DNA of 63,396 nucleotides, filler included, from 10 parts of 10 records of this genome joined end to end with filler, not necessarily neighbours in it, one strand, 5' to 3'; counted from the whole stretch's first letter, positions 47,317 to 59,212 are shown. Numbers and translations: made by a program. Notes: a model not told the origin generated them from the sequence alone.

Positions 47317-47547
47317 ATGCATTTCGCTCAGCGAGTTCGCGCCCTGGTTGTGTTGAATGGCGTGGCGTTATTGCCTCAATTTGCCTGTAAACAGGGGCTT
47401 GCGAACGGTGAACTGGTGCGCCTGTTTGCACCGTGGAGCGGCATACCCAGACCGTTGTATGCTTTATTTGCGGGGCGAAAGGGGATGCCTGCCATTGCGC
47501 GATATTTTATGGATGAGTTAACCACGCGGCTTGCCAACGGGGTCTGA
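47317..47547 (+). pseudogene. yqfE: LysR substrate-binding domain remnant
   Basis: 76-aa fragment GVALLP...GELVRL; lies between argP and rpiA. Confidence 0.75.
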
Positions 47548-47602
47548 ATCGCTTTTTTTGTATATAATGCGTGTGAAATTTCATACCACAGGCGAAACGA
47601 TC

Positions 47603-48262
47603 ATGACGCAGGATGAATTGAAAAAAGCAGTAGGATGGGCGGCACTTCAGTATGTTCAGCCCGGCACCATTGTTGGTGTAGGTACAGGTTCCACCGCCGC
47701 ACACTTTATTGACGCGCTCGGTACAATGAAAGGCCAGATTGAAGGGGCCGTTTCCAGTTCAGATGCTTCCACTGAAAAACTGAAAAGCCTCGGCATTCAC
47801 GTTTTTGATCTCAACGAAGTCGACAGCCTTGGCATCTACGTTGATGGCGCAGATGAAATCAACGGCCACATGCAAATGATCAAAGGCGGCGGCGCGGCGC
47901 TGACCCGTGAAAAAATCATTGCTTCGGTTGCAGAAAAATTTATCTGTATTGCAGACGCTTCCAAGCAGGTTGATATTCTGGGTAAATTCCCGCTGCCAGT
48001 AGAAGTTATCCCGATGGCACGTAGTGCAGTGGCGCGTCAGCTGGTGAAACTGGGCGGTCGTCCGGAATACCGTCAGGGCGTGGTGACCGATAATGGCAAC
48101 GTGATCCTCGACGTCCACGGCATGGAAATCCTTGACCCGATAGCGATGGAAAACGCCATAAATGCGATTCCTGGCGTGGTGACTGTTGGCTTGTTTGCTA
48201 ACCGTGGCGCGGACGTTGCGCTGATTGGCACACCTGACGGTGTCAAAACCATTGTGAAATGA
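47603..48262 (+). CDS. rpiA: Ribose-5-phosphate isomerase A
   Basis: GTGST, DGADE and KGGG motifs. Confidence 0.97.
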
Positions 48263-48517
48263 TCTGACGGGGGAACCTCCCCCGTTAAAAAAATTCTCTT
48301 CATTAAATTTGGTGACATGTGTCACGCTTTTACCAGGCAATTGTCGATTGCTCTAAATAAATCCTCTAAACCAGCATATTCATCCAAGAATTACCTTTGC
48401 GTGATATTTCCTCAACATCGCGACGCAAACGTTCATATTGCCGCAATATTATTTTTTGATATGTTGAAAGGCGGATGCAAATCCGCACACAACATTTCAA
48501 AAGACAGGATTGGGTAA

Positions 48518-49750
48518 ATGGCAAAGGTATCGCTGGAGAAAGACAAGATTAAGTTTCTGCTGGTAGAAGGCGTGCACCAAAAGGCGCTGGAAAGCCTTCG
48601 TGCAGCTGGTTACACCAACATCGAATTTCACAAAGGCGCGCTGGATGATGAACAATTAAAAGAATCCATCCGCGATGCCCACTTCATCGGCCTGCGATCC
48701 CGTACCCATCTGACTGAAGACGTGATCAACGCCGCAGAAAAACTGGTCGCTATTGGCTGTTTCTGTATCGGAACAAACCAGGTTGATCTGGATGCGGCGG
48801 CAAAGCGCGGGATCCCGGTATTTAACGCACCGTTCTCAAATACGCGCTCTGTTGCGGAGCTGGTGATTGGCGAACTGCTGCTGCTATTGCGCGGCGTGCC
48901 GGAAGCCAATGCTAAAGCGCACCGTGGCGTGTGGAACAAACTGGCGGCGGGTTCTTTTGAAGCGCGCGGCAAAAAGCTGGGTATCATCGGCTACGGTCAT
49001 ATTGGTACGCAATTGGGCATTCTGGCTGAATCGCTGGGAATGTATGTTTACTTTTATGATATTGAAAATAAACTGCCGCTGGGCAACGCCACTCAGGTAC
49101 AGCATCTTTCTGACCTGCTGAATATGAGCGATGTGGTGAGTCTGCATGTACCAGAGAATCCGTCCACCAAAAATATGATGGGCGCGAAAGAAATTTCACT
49201 AATGAAGCCCGGCTCGCTGCTGATTAATGCTTCGCGCGGTACTGTGGTGGATATTCCGGCGCTGTGTGATGCGCTGGCGAGCAAACATCTGGCGGGGGCG
49301 GCAATCGACGTATTCCCGACGGAACCGGCGACCAATAGCGATCCATTTACCTCTCCGCTGTGTGAATTCGACAACGTCCTTCTGACGCCACACATTGGCG
49401 GTTCGACTCAGGAAGCGCAGGAGAATATCGGCCTGGAAGTTGCGGGTAAATTGATCAAGTATTCTGACAATGGCTCAACGCTCTCTGCGGTGAACTTCCC
49501 GGAAGTCTCGCTGCCACTGCACGGTGGGCGTCGTCTGATGCACATCCACGAAAACCGTCCGGGCGTGCTAACTGCGCTGAACAAAATCTTCGCCGAGCAG
49601 GGCGTCAACATCGCCGCGCAATATCTGCAAACTTCCGCCCAGATGGGTTATGTGGTTATTGATATTGAAGCCGACGAAGACGTTGCCGAAAAAGCGCTGC
49701 AGGCAATGAAAGCTATTCCGGGTACCATTCGCGCCCGTCTGCTGTACTAA
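48518..49750 (+). CDS. serA: D-3-phosphoglycerate dehydrogenase
   Basis: 410 aa with C-terminal ACT domain. Confidence 0.98.
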   Translation: MAKVSLEKDKIKFLLVEGVHQKALESLRAAGYTNIEFHKGALDDEQLKESIRDAHFIGLRSRTHLTEDVINAAEKLVAIGCFCIGTNQVDLDAAAKRGIPVFNAPFSNTRSVAELVIGELLLLLRGVPEANAKAHRGVWNKLAAGSFEARGKKLGIIGYGHIGTQLGILAESLGMYVYFYDIENKLPLGNATQVQHLSDLLNMSDVVSLHVPENPSTKNMMGAKEISLMKPGSLLINASRGTVVDIPALCDALASKHLAGAAIDVFPTEPATNSDPFTSPLCEFDNVLLTPHIGGSTQEAQENIGLEVAGKLIKYSDNGSTLSAVNFPEVSLPLHGGRRLMHIHENRPGVLTALNKIFAEQGVNIAAQYLQTSAQMGYVVIDIEADEDVAEKALQAMKAIPGTIRARLLY

Positions 49751-49765
49751 TTCCCCTTCTCTGAA

Positions 49766-49802
49766 AATCAACGGGCAGGTCACTGACTTGCCCGTTTTTT
49801 TA
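49766..49802 (+). terminator. Intrinsic terminator after serA
   Basis: aacgggcaggtca-c-tgacttgcccgttttttt. Confidence 0.8.
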
Positions 49803-49936
49803 TCCCTTCTCCACACCGTTGCCGCGTTGCGCATTCTACTTTGCGAGTCTGCTCCAGAAAATAAATCAAAGTCAGATCAATGCGTTGTGTTTATTTAATG
49901 GGGATTTACGATGGCAGGGCAGCATGGGGCTGTAAC

Positions 49937-50077
49937 GGTAAAGCCCTCACCGAAGCGAGGGCTTGAAGGAGAAGGGTTATGATGCGACTTGTCATCATAC
50001 TGATTGTACTGTTACTCATAAGTTTCAGCGCTTATTAACAGTCAGTCTCAGGGGAGGAGCAATCCTCCCTTACCCTT
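49937..50077 (-). ncRNA. sibC: SibC antisense RNA (type I antitoxin); ends approximate
   Basis: SIB repeat sequence antisense to ibsC, with terminator aagccctcgcttcggtgagggcttt. Confidence 0.88.
49979..50038 (+). CDS. ibsC: IbsC toxic peptide, 19 aa (MMRLVIILIVLLLISFSAY)
   Basis: Manual translation; RBS AAGGAG; below the ORF track length cutoff. Confidence 0.93.
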   Translation: MMRLVIILIVLLLISFSAY

Positions 50078-50138
50078 ACTCACTAAATTAGGTCAAAGAA
50101 TCAACGATGTCAATCAGGGCGATGCGGGTGTATCGCCC

Positions 50139-50687
50139 TTACCACTCCCAGACTTTCGACGGTGTAACCACCGCAGGAAGAGGGATATCCCACTCTTCAA
50201 CGGGGAGTTTTTCCACCAACTGACAATCATGCGCATAACCCACCGGTTGCGTTTTATAGTGCTGCCAGTTTTGTAAGGTCCGATCATAAAAACCACCGCC
50301 CATTCCCAGGCGCTGACCGTACTCATCAAAGGCGACCAGCGGTGTGATCAGCACGTCTAATCGGGAAAGGGGTAGCACGTCACGCACATCCAATTTTGGC
50401 TCATGGATCTTCAACCTGTTCATCACCAGTTCGCTTTGCGGATGGTAATTCAGGAACAGCAAATTACCGGCACTAAAGGGATGCAAAACTGGAAGATATA
50501 CGCGCTTACCGGCGCGCCAGAGTTGTTCTATGAGTGGCTGGGTGTCGAGTTCGCCATCAAAAGAGAGGAATACAGCGACCGTATGTGCCATCACCACCGG
50601 GGGATAAGTCATCATCCGGGTAGCGGCTTGTTGACCCATTTCCTGCTGTTGTTCCGGCGTTAACGCACGACGACGTTGCCGAATCAT
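50139..50687 (-). CDS. fau: 5-formyltetrahydrofolate cyclo-ligase
   Basis: RLGMGGGFYDR motif; downstream of ssrS. Confidence 0.94.
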   Translation of the reverse strand: MIRQRRRALTPEQQQEMGQQAATRMMTYPPVVMAHTVAVFLSFDGELDTQPLIEQLWRAGKRVYLPVLHPFSAGNLLFLNYHPQSELVMNRLKIHEPKLDVRDVLPLSRLDVLITPLVAFDEYGQRLGMGGGFYDRTLQNWQHYKTQPVGYAHDCQLVEKLPVEEWDIPLPAVVTPSKVWEW

Positions 50688-50762
50688 TTTGCGGATTTCT
50701 TGTCGGGATAATGTCAGTGGGAGTTCTGGTAGTTGCGTCATGGCTGGTGCCAGATAAGAAGG

Positions 50763-50945
50763 GAATCTCCGAGATGCCGCCGCAGGCTGTAACCCTTGAA
50801 CCCTTGGTTCAAGGTGAATGTGTCGTCGCAGTTTTAAGGCTTCTCGGACGGACCGAGCATGCTCACCAACCGCGGAGCGCCACATTCTTGTGGTATGAAA
50901 TATCGGCTCAGGGGACTGGCCCGCTTGCGAACATCTCAGAGAAAT
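50763..50945 (-). ncRNA. ssrS: 6S RNA
   Basis: ATTTCTCTGAGATGTTCGCAAGCGGGCC...GGCATCTCGGAGATTC on the minus strand, 183 nt, between zapA and fau. Confidence 0.96.
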
Positions 50946-50986
50946 TTTGTCTTCACGGTTACTCTACCACAGTAAACCGAAAAGTG

Positions 50987-51382
<396 letters not shown>

Positions 51383-51483
51383 CTATAGCTACCCTGATGA
51401 GAAGAGACAAGCCCTTTTCTGGTCCACCAGGGCCCAAAGTGGTAGCATATCATGAATATTCCTCCCTTTGACGACGAATGCTT

Positions 51484-52062
51484 ATGTCTATACAGAACGA
51501 AATGCCTGGTTACAACGAAATGAACCAGTATCTGAACCAACAAGGGACGGGTCTGACCCCAGCTGAGATGCATGGTTTAATCAGCGGGATGATATGTGGC
51601 GGTAACGATGACAGCTCATGGCTACCGCTACTTCACGACCTGACGAACGAAGGCATGGCTTTCGGTCATGAGCTGGCACAGGCACTGCGTAAAATGCACT
51701 CTGCCACCAGCGATGCCCTGCAGGATGACGGCTTCCTTTTTCAGCTTTATCTGCCTGATGGCGATGATGTCAGCGTTTTCGATCGGGCTGATGCATTGGC
51801 AGGTTGGGTCAATCACTTCCTGCTTGGTCTTGGCGTTACGCAACCGAAGCTGGATAAAGTGACCGGCGAAACCGGTGAAGCTATCGACGATCTGCGTAAC
51901 ATTGCGCAACTGGGTTACGACGAAGACGAAGATCAGGAAGAGCTTGAAATGTCGCTTGAAGAGATCATCGAATACGTTCGTGTTGCCGCGCTGTTATGCC
52001 ACGACACCTTTACTCATCCGCAACCGACCGCGCCAGAAGTACAAAAACCGACTCTACACTAA
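51484..52062 (+). CDS. ygfB: UPF0149 protein
   Basis: AEMHGLISG and EIIEYVRVA motifs. Confidence 0.94.
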
Positions 52063-52064
52063 AA

Positions 52065-52164
52065 NNNNNNNNNNNNNNNNNNNNNNNNNNNNNNNNNNNN
52101 NNNNNNNNTTAATTAATTAANNNNNNNNNNNNNNNNNNNNNNNNNNNNNNNNNNNNNNNNNNNN
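52065..52164. other. Artificial contig linker
   Basis: N44-TTAATTAATTAA-N44. Confidence 0.98.
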
Positions 52165-52193
52165 TGTGTGTGTGCGTGTGTGTGTGTGTGTGT
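52165..52193. repeat. (TG)n microsatellite in eukaryotic intron
   Basis: tgtgtgtgtgcgtgtgtgtgtgtgtgtgt; TG-rich tracts recur through 52165-54545. Confidence 0.85.
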
Positions 52194-52341
52194 AAACGTT
52201 GTGAGGGTGTACCTGGGTATCTGAGTTTGTGCGCGTTGTGTGCGTCGTATGAGCTGTGTATATACGCATGCCTTGATCGCTGTGACCTACATCGTTGCAT
52301 GTACCAATTATTTTGCTCATATATGGCATACTGTATCTTAG

Positions 52342-54718
52342 ATGTCCTGGCACGCACCGCTGTCGCAACAAGTGTAGTGCTTGCCTTGGACGCGGTGGGC
52401 ACGTATCTGACTGATGAATCGTCCATTCAGAGGGAGAGCGGTGTCGAACAGCATATTGACCTGTTGCGCGTATGTTGTGTGTGCGTGTCTTTGTTGCATT
52501 TACGTGTGTGTGTGCGCGTGTGTCCTGATGTACGTACGCGTGCTTGATGCGACTATGATGTGTGTATATTATGACGGTGGTGTGGCGTTATAATGATGAT
52601 GGTGCTCATTTGTTTCTTGCTGTGCTTTTAGATTTTGTGTGGCGGCGCAATGGTTTCGAAAAAGTTTTGCGAGTCTCTGTCATACCACAAATTGTGTCTT
52701 TCCGCCCTCTGCCAGTCGTCACAGGTACGTTGATGGGGTGTGTTTGAACGTGAATGGAAAGAGAACGGATATGTGTATGTGTATTATGTATGTGTATGCC
52801 CTGTGCTGTGTTGTGTATTTTTGCGGTGATTCAATGTGACAGCGTGTGACCTGTTATTCAGTTGTGCGTACTACCCCGATATGCCTTTGCTTGTTGGAGG
52901 CTCTTATGAGAGAAAGGAAACAAACATGAGTGGGCGGATGTGTGTCTCACTGTTCGCTGACGTGTTTATGTTTCCCGATTAGGACGCTGTGGATGAAGGG
53001 GCGGCGATTGCATACCTGACACTGTCATGTATTGCACGCAGCAGTCCCGAAGCGGCCAAGCGCATCGCAGCGAACTCGTGGTTTAGCTGTGAGACTGTCG
53101 CAGCCTCGATATGGTGCGTTGGTTTGTGTTTTATGTTGCTGTTGTTGCTGTTGTGTGTGTATCTGTTTGTTTGTGCGTGGATAAAATCGTGCTTTTCTAC
53201 CCGCACAATCGCACATATCCGTACACACGCAGACCTCCCCCCGTCTACACATATACCTCCTAAACAACACACATCTGTCAACGATCTGTGGTTGCTGATA
53301 CTTGTCCGGTGTTTCTCTGTATAGCGGTACACACCCTGCGCTGAGCAGCTGTGCCATGTTATTGCTTGCCGGCATGGCTCCTCATGACCCCCGTCCCCTC
53401 GCCACTCTGACAGAGTCCGTGGTCATTGATGCTGCGGTGGAGCTGTTGCTTATTCAGGTACGTGTGTGTATTGTCTCTCACTTTCTCTCTCCGATCAGCA
53501 TACACACTCACATCCATAGTCGCATGCTTCCACGGATTCCTCCTTTGTGTACTCATTGTTCCCTGCGGTCATCACAGCCGTCTGATGCGAAGGGTGCGAT
53601 GGGGTCTGTGGAGGGACGAAGAAGAACAGGGCTGCTGGACGGGCCGGCGTGTGTGCTCTGTGAGGCTCTTGATCGGGTACGTCGCGTGTCTATAACGTGC
53701 GCTGTTTATGTACGGAATGTCTCAGTTAGTCAGCGTCATCTTGTGTGCTCGGGTCGTGACCAAGAAAAGTCATTACCGTAAGGTGATGCTGTCTAACTGA
53801 GCATACACAGAATACGGTAGCATAGCAAAAAAGCAGACCTGTGTATGTTACCACTGTCGGGTCGCACTCTTCTGGGGTCGTCTTTGCCTCCTGCTTATTT
53901 CGAGTTCGTTTCTTGTCCTATCAGCGGAATGCACCTGACGCAGTGGCAGCCCTGGCACAGTCTCTCGGTACCTCCGGCGTCCACGAACAAATTTTATTGC
54001 AGTTGCGGCCTAACTCCTCTATCCATGAGCTGAGCGCATTGGGCCAAGCAGCGGCCCTTCGTGCTGCGTATCTCATTATGGCTCGAGCACCGCGAAACAG
54101 CGTGTCTCTGAGTGAGAGTGCGTTGTGTGGGGCCGCGGTGGGACTGTTTGTCGAGACCGCACAGCAGAGCATTCTTTCATGGTACGTGTGTGGCACACGG
54201 CGTTTCGTAAGGTGGATTATTATGTGTTACATTTATTTACTTCCTGTCTCGCTCTCTTTCCGTGTGTCTGTGTCTCTCTCTGTCCCTGTCTACATGTGAC
54301 TTATGCCTTGTGTGTGTGCGTGTGCAGGCCTGTGGAGTATGGAGGCGGGGCAGACACGTTGTCTCGTGTGAATGTGACTGCGCTGAGTGTGCTCTATCTG
54401 CCGTGGAGCACGAACGATCAGAGCACCATGGATGCCGTCGCAAAGGTGTGTGCTAGTTGCTACTCTGCGTGGTGTGTATGCGTGTATGTGCGTCTTTCTG
54501 TGTTTATTTGTTAGTGTGTATGATGTATGGGGTGACAGAGTGTGTATCATTGACGGTGCGCTGCGGGCTGTAGGTTGTAGCTGAGCAGGATGGGATTAAG
54601 AACATCCTGCGAGTTATTGGCAAGCGGCGGACCGACGGAGAAGCCCATTTAGGCATTGCTGTGCTGTCTCGACTGCTGTGTGTCACCTCACGCACATTGG
54701 TGACTCAGTTCGCTCAGA
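52342..54718 (+). CDS. Spliced eukaryotic gene fragment, Fused/STK36/TIO-like C-terminal region; exons 52342-52469, 52632-52724, (52843-52863 tentative), 52983-53113, 53325-53457, 53578-53676, 53925-54181, 54328-54445, 54574-54718
   Basis: All introns GT...AG with phase-compatible junctions; joined protein has GLLDGP, ELSALG, WPVEYGGG...LYLPW and LSRLL...LVTQF motifs. Confidence 0.72.
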
Positions 54719-54818
54719 NNNNNNNNNNNNNNNNNNNNNNNNNNNNNNNNNNNNNNNNNNNNTTAATTAATTAANNNNNNNNNNNNNNNNNNNNNNNNNN
54801 NNNNNNNNNNNNNNNNNN
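54719..54818. other. Artificial contig linker
   Basis: N44-TTAATTAATTAA-N44. Confidence 0.98.
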
Positions 54819-54932
54819 CGCCGCCGGTTCAGCGTCCAGCCCGACTGGCCAGACAGCAATGCCTAACGGTTCGCCTGCCTGACGCAGCATACGGCCTAAC
54901 TGCCCGTTACCGAGGACGCAAACCTGTTTCAT
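54819..54932 (-). CDS. purK: N5-CAIR synthetase, 5' part
   Basis: [20 protein letters not shown]; overlaps the purE stop. Confidence 0.93.
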
Positions 54933-55438
54933 GCCGCACCTCGCGGGTCCGGGTTTTCCAGCACTTCGTCGGTCTGGGCTTTGCGCCAGTCATTCAGACG
55001 CTGGTGCAGTTCTTTATCATGAGTCGCAAGAATTTGTGCTGCCAGTAACGCCGCGTTTGCCGCGCCAGCTTTACCAATCGCCAGCGTACCCACCGGAATG
55101 CCGCGCGGCATTTGTACGATGGAGTAGAGGCTATCGACACCGCTCAGTGCGGCGCTCTGTACTGGCACGCCCAGCACCGGCACCAGCGTTTTGGCGGCAA
55201 TCATGCCTGGCAGATGCGCTGCGCCGCCTGCGCCCGCAATAATCACCTGATAACCGTTCTCTTCGGCGCTTTCGGCGAAGCTGAACAGTTTATCGGGGGT
55301 GCGGTGAGCAGAAACCACTTCAACGTGGTGCGGGACATTCAGGATTTCGAAGATTTCGGCGGCGAACTGCATGGTAGCCCAGTCGCTTTTGGACCCCATC
55401 ACGATGGCGACACGCGCCGGATTATTGCGGGAAGACAT
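54929..55438 (-). CDS. purE: N5-CAIR mutase
   Basis: MGSKSD and SAHRTP motifs. Confidence 0.97.
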   Translation of the reverse strand: MSSRNNPARVAIVMGSKSDWATMQFAAEIFEILNVPHHVEVVSAHRTPDKLFSFAESAEENGYQVIIAGAGGAAHLPGMIAAKTLVPVLGVPVQSAALSGVDSLYSIVQMPRGIPVGTLAIGKAGAANAALLAAQILATHDKELHQRLNDWRKAQTDEVLENPDPRGAA

Positions 55439-55509
55439 GCGTCTTAAAACTCCTGTGGTGCACAACTCTCGGCTTTAGAGGGCACAGAGAATAGCACGGA
55501 AAGAGAGCA

Positions 55510-55525
55510 AGGAAAACGGTTGCGT
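55510..55525. promoter_or_regulatory. PurR operator upstream of purE
   Basis: ACGCAACCGTTTTCCT (minus strand) matches the PUR box. Confidence 0.8.
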
Positions 55526-55555
55526 GGCTGTGAAATCAGCAAAGTTGCGGGTTTT

Positions 55556-56278
55556 TTAAAACGGAAAATGAATCAGCTCAACGTCATCCGCCGTGACTTT
55601 CACCATTGAACCTTCCGTATGCCAGGCACCCAGTACCACGCGAAAAGCAGGTTGCTGATTGGCGATAAGTTCATGCACCGCCGGGCGATGGGTATGCCCG
55701 TGGATCAGCCATTGCACCTGATGTTTTTCCATCGCACTGACCACCGCGTTTTGGTTAACGTCCATGATCGCCAGCGATTTACTGCTGTTGGCTTCTTTGC
55801 TGTTCGCGCGCATTCGCGCGGCAATGCGTTTGCGCACAAACAACGGCAGGGCGAGGAATAGCGTCTGCAGCCAGGGTTTGTGGACCTTGGCGCGAAAAGC
55901 CTGATAACCCGCGTCATCGGTGCACAGCGTGTCGCCATGCATAATCAACACCCGGCGACCATAAAGTTCGAGCACCTTTTCTTCCGGCAATAACGTCATG
56001 CCACTTTCACGGGCAAAGCGTTTGCCGAGCAGAAAATCACGGTTGCCATGAATGAAATAACAGGGAACGCCGGAATCGGACACCGCTTTGATCGCCGCCG
56101 CCATCTTGCGATGGAGTGGGTTGGGATCGTCGTCGCCAATCCATGCTTCAAACAGATCGCCAAGAATATACAGCGCGTCGGCCTTGCGGGCTTCCCCCGC
56201 TAAAAAACGCAGAAAACCGGCGGTGATCGCCGGTTCTTCCACGCAGAGATGAAGATCTGCAATAAAGAGTGTCGCCAC
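55556..56278 (-). CDS. lpxH: UDP-2,3-diacylglucosamine hydrolase
   Basis: DLH, GDLFE, GNRD and GHTH metallophosphoesterase motifs. Confidence 0.96.
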   Translation of the reverse strand: MATLFIADLHLCVEEPAITAGFLRFLAGEARKADALYILGDLFEAWIGDDDPNPLHRKMAAAIKAVSDSGVPCYFIHGNRDFLLGKRFARESGMTLLPEEKVLELYGRRVLIMHGDTLCTDDAGYQAFRAKVHKPWLQTLFLALPLFVRKRIAARMRANSKEANSSKSLAIMDVNQNAVVSAMEKHQVQWLIHGHTHRPAVHELIANQQPAFRVVLGAWHTEGSMVKVTADDVELIHFPF

Positions 56279-56280
56279 GA

Positions 56281-56775
56281 TTACTCGCTAACGGTCACGC
56301 TTTCAATGATAACGTCTTCTTTTGGCACGTCCTGGTGCATACCGCTACGACCGGTTGCAACACCTTTGATTTTGTCTACCACGTCCATGCCGTCAACCAC
56401 TTCAGCAAACACGCAGTAGCCCCAACCTTGCAGGCTTTCGCCAGAGAAGTTCAGGAAGTCGTTATCAACCACGTTGATGAAGAACTGTGCAGTTGCAGAG
56501 TGCGGAGCCTGAGTACGTGCCATTGCCAGCGTACCACGGGTATTTTTCAGGCCGTTGTTGGCTTCGTTTTTGATCGGTTCTTTGGTGGCTTTTTGTTTCA
56601 TGCCCGGTTCAAAACCGCCGCCCTGAATCATAAAGCCGTTGATAACACGGTGGAAAATGGTGTTGTTGTAAAAACCTTCGCGGCAGTAGTCCAGGAAGTT
56701 TTTAACTGTTTCAGGTGCTTTATCGTCAAAAGTTTTGATGACAATATCGCCGTGATTGGTGTGGAAAGTAACCAT
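56281..56775 (-). CDS. ppiB: Peptidyl-prolyl isomerase B
   Basis: Cyclophilin motif [13 protein letters not shown]. Confidence 0.97.
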   Translation of the reverse strand: MVTFHTNHGDIVIKTFDDKAPETVKNFLDYCREGFYNNTIFHRVINGFMIQGGGFEPGMKQKATKEPIKNEANNGLKNTRGTLAMARTQAPHSATAQFFINVVDNDFLNFSGESLQGWGYCVFAEVVDGMDVVDKIKGVATGRSGMHQDVPKEDVIIESVTVSE

Positions 56776-56948
56776 TTTTGCATCCTGTTCCGTTTGATTG
56801 GTGCTTCAACCCAGTTCGGGTCATATATAGGGTGGTGTTATAGCATAACCGCACGATCGGATCATCACGCAATGTATGCTGATTCGCGCGGGAAATATGG
56901 GTATTATACGCAACTCAATTACCCACACATGTCTAAACGGAATCTTCG

Positions 56949-58334
56949 ATGCTAAAAATCTTCAATACTCTGACACGCCAAAAAGAGGAATTTAAGCCTA
57001 TTCACGCCGGGGAAGTCGGCATGTACGTGTGTGGAATCACCGTTTACGATCTCTGTCATATCGGTCACGGGCGTACCTTTGTTGCTTTTGACGTGGTTGC
57101 GCGCTATCTGCGTTTCCTCGGCTATAAACTGAAGTATGTGCGCAACATTACCGATATCGACGACAAAATCATCAAACGCGCCAATGAAAATGGCGAAAGC
57201 TTTGTGGCGATGGTGGATCGCATGATCGCCGAAATGCACAAAGATTTTGATGCTTTGAACATTCTGCGCCCGGATATGGAGCCGCGCGCGACGCACCATA
57301 TCGCAGAAATTATTGAACTCACTGAACAACTGATCGCCAAAGGTCACGCTTATGTGGCGGACAACGGCGACGTGATGTTCGACGTCCCGACCGATCCAAC
57401 TTATGGCGTGCTGTCGCGTCAGGATCTCGACCAGCTGCAGGCAGGCGCGCGCGTTGACGTGGTCGACGACAAACGCAACCCAATGGACTTCGTTCTGTGG
57501 AAGATGTCGAAAGAGGGCGAACCGAGCTGGCCGTCTCCGTGGGGCGCGGGTCGTCCTGGCTGGCACATTGAATGTTCGGCAATGAACTGCAAGCAGCTGG
57601 GTAACCACTTTGATATCCACGGCGGCGGTTCAGACCTGATGTTCCCGCACCACGAAAACGAAATCGCGCAGTCCACCTGTGCCCATGATGGTCAGTATGT
57701 GAACTACTGGATGCACTCGGGGATGGTGATGGTTGACCGCGAGAAGATGTCCAAATCGCTGGGTAACTTCTTTACCGTGCGCGATGTGCTGAAATACTAC
57801 GACGCGGAAACCGTGCGTTACTTCCTGATGTCGGGCCACTATCGCAGCCAGTTGAACTACAGCGAAGAGAACCTGAAGCAGGCGCGTGCGGCGCTGGAGC
57901 GTCTCTACACTGCGCTGCGCGGCACAGATAAAACCGTTGCGCCTGCCGGTGGCGAAGCGTTTGAAGCGCGCTTTATTGAAGCGATGGACGACGATTTCAA
58001 CACCCCGGAAGCCTATTCCGTACTGTTTGATATGGCGCGTGAAGTAAACCGTCTGAAAGCAGAAGATATGGCAGCGGCGAATGCAATGGCATCTCACCTG
58101 CGTAAACTTTCCGCTGTATTGGGCCTGCTGGAGCAAGAACCGGAAGCGTTCCTGCAAAGCGGCGCGCAGGCAGACGACAGCGAAGTGGCTGAGATTGAAG
58201 CGTTAATTCAACAGCGTCTGGATGCCCGTAAAGCGAAAGACTGGGCGGCGGCGGATGCGGCGCGTGATCGTCTTAACGAGATGGGGATCGTGCTGGAAGA
58301 TGGCCCGCAAGGGACCACCTGGCGTCGTAAGTAA
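56949..58334 (+). CDS. cysS: Cysteine--tRNA ligase
   Basis: HIGH and KMSKS motifs. Confidence 0.98.
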
Positions 58335-58342
58335 TTGCGCTA

Positions 58343-58370
58343 TTGCCGGATGCGAGTTTTCGCATCCGGT
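58343..58370. repeat. Degenerate REP-like hairpin between convergent cysS and ybcI
   Basis: ccggatgcga-gttt-tcgcatccgg. Confidence 0.6.
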
Positions 58371-58891
58371 TATCGTCTGCGCCACCACAACATTCCCATC
58401 AGTAGCATCCCCGGCAACCACACCCACATCAATTCAGAAATAATCACCTGATGCCCGTACGGCGTGGTGTAACGAGACAATGCAAACGGCGCGACTTTTA
58501 TCACCTGCCAGGGAGCGAAAAAGCGTTCATCTGACCACGGCCACAGCCAGCCAACGCCTTTACCGCCAGTGGTTACCGAATCCAGCAAGCTGTGCGATAG
58601 CAACGAGACGGTTAAAAACAGCCAGCAGCGAATCAGCCCAGCCCTGAACCATCGGCGTCCAATAAACACACATAACAGCGGGACAACAAACGCAAACACC
58701 AGCGAATGGGTAAACCCGCGATGACCAAAAACATTGCCGTAAGCAACGCCAAATTTAAACGACAATACGTCGGCGTCGGGCAGCATCGCCAGGATGATTC
58801 CGGCAAATAACAGACGCGGAGGGATGACTTTCGAACCCAACCCTAAACCAATGCATAGGGGAACGGCGGCGTGCGTAATAACGGTTGGCAT
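58370..58891 (-). CDS. ybcI: Inner membrane metal-dependent hydrolase-like protein
   Basis: LPDAD and HRGFTHS motifs. Confidence 0.92.
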   Translation of the reverse strand: MPTVITHAAVPLCIGLGLGSKVIPPRLLFAGIILAMLPDADVLSFKFGVAYGNVFGHRGFTHSLVFAFVVPLLCVFIGRRWFRAGLIRCWLFLTVSLLSHSLLDSVTTGGKGVGWLWPWSDERFFAPWQVIKVAPFALSRYTTPYGHQVIISELMWVWLPGMLLMGMLWWRRR

Positions 58892-58998
58892 GATGGTCGC
58901 TTCGGCAAAATGTCGATGCTATCAGCATGGATGAACGGGGCGTAGAGGGCAAAAGTCTGAAAAGAGAACCGGCCTGTTGATACAGGCCGGGAAAGGGA

Positions 58999-59211
58999 TC
59001 AGGCAACAACCTGTACGCTGTGACCTGCAAAACTCACTGTCTGACCGGCGACGATTTTGCAGCGTTTGCGCGTTTCAACCGCACCGTCGACTTTCACCTG
59101 GCCTTCGGCAATCGCGATTTTCGCCTGCGCGCCGCTTTCGCTCCAGCCTTCCAGTTTCAGCAAGTCGCACAGCTCAACGTGCGGATGTTTACCTAAAGAA
59201 AATGTCGCCAT
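58999..59211 (-). CDS. ybcJ: S4-like RNA-binding protein
   Basis: MATFSLGKHPHVELCDLLK. Confidence 0.92.
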   Translation of the reverse strand: MATFSLGKHPHVELCDLLKLEGWSESGAQAKIAIAEGQVKVDGAVETRKRCKIVAGQTVSFAGHSVQVVA

Positions 59212-59212
59212 G

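Noticed and set aside
52109-54695. Many 60-160-aa Cys/Val- or His/Thr-rich ORFs
   Set aside because: Products of TG/CA-rich introns and unspliced exon read-through.
52165-54718. Horizontal transfer of a eukaryotic gene into E. coli
   Set aside because: Bounded by artificial linkers and retains spliceosomal introns; co-assembly explains it.
56269-58157. Long antisense ORFs over ppiB and cysS (similar ones over rpiA and yahG)
   Set aside because: Shadow frames of codon-biased housekeeping genes with no recognisable motifs.
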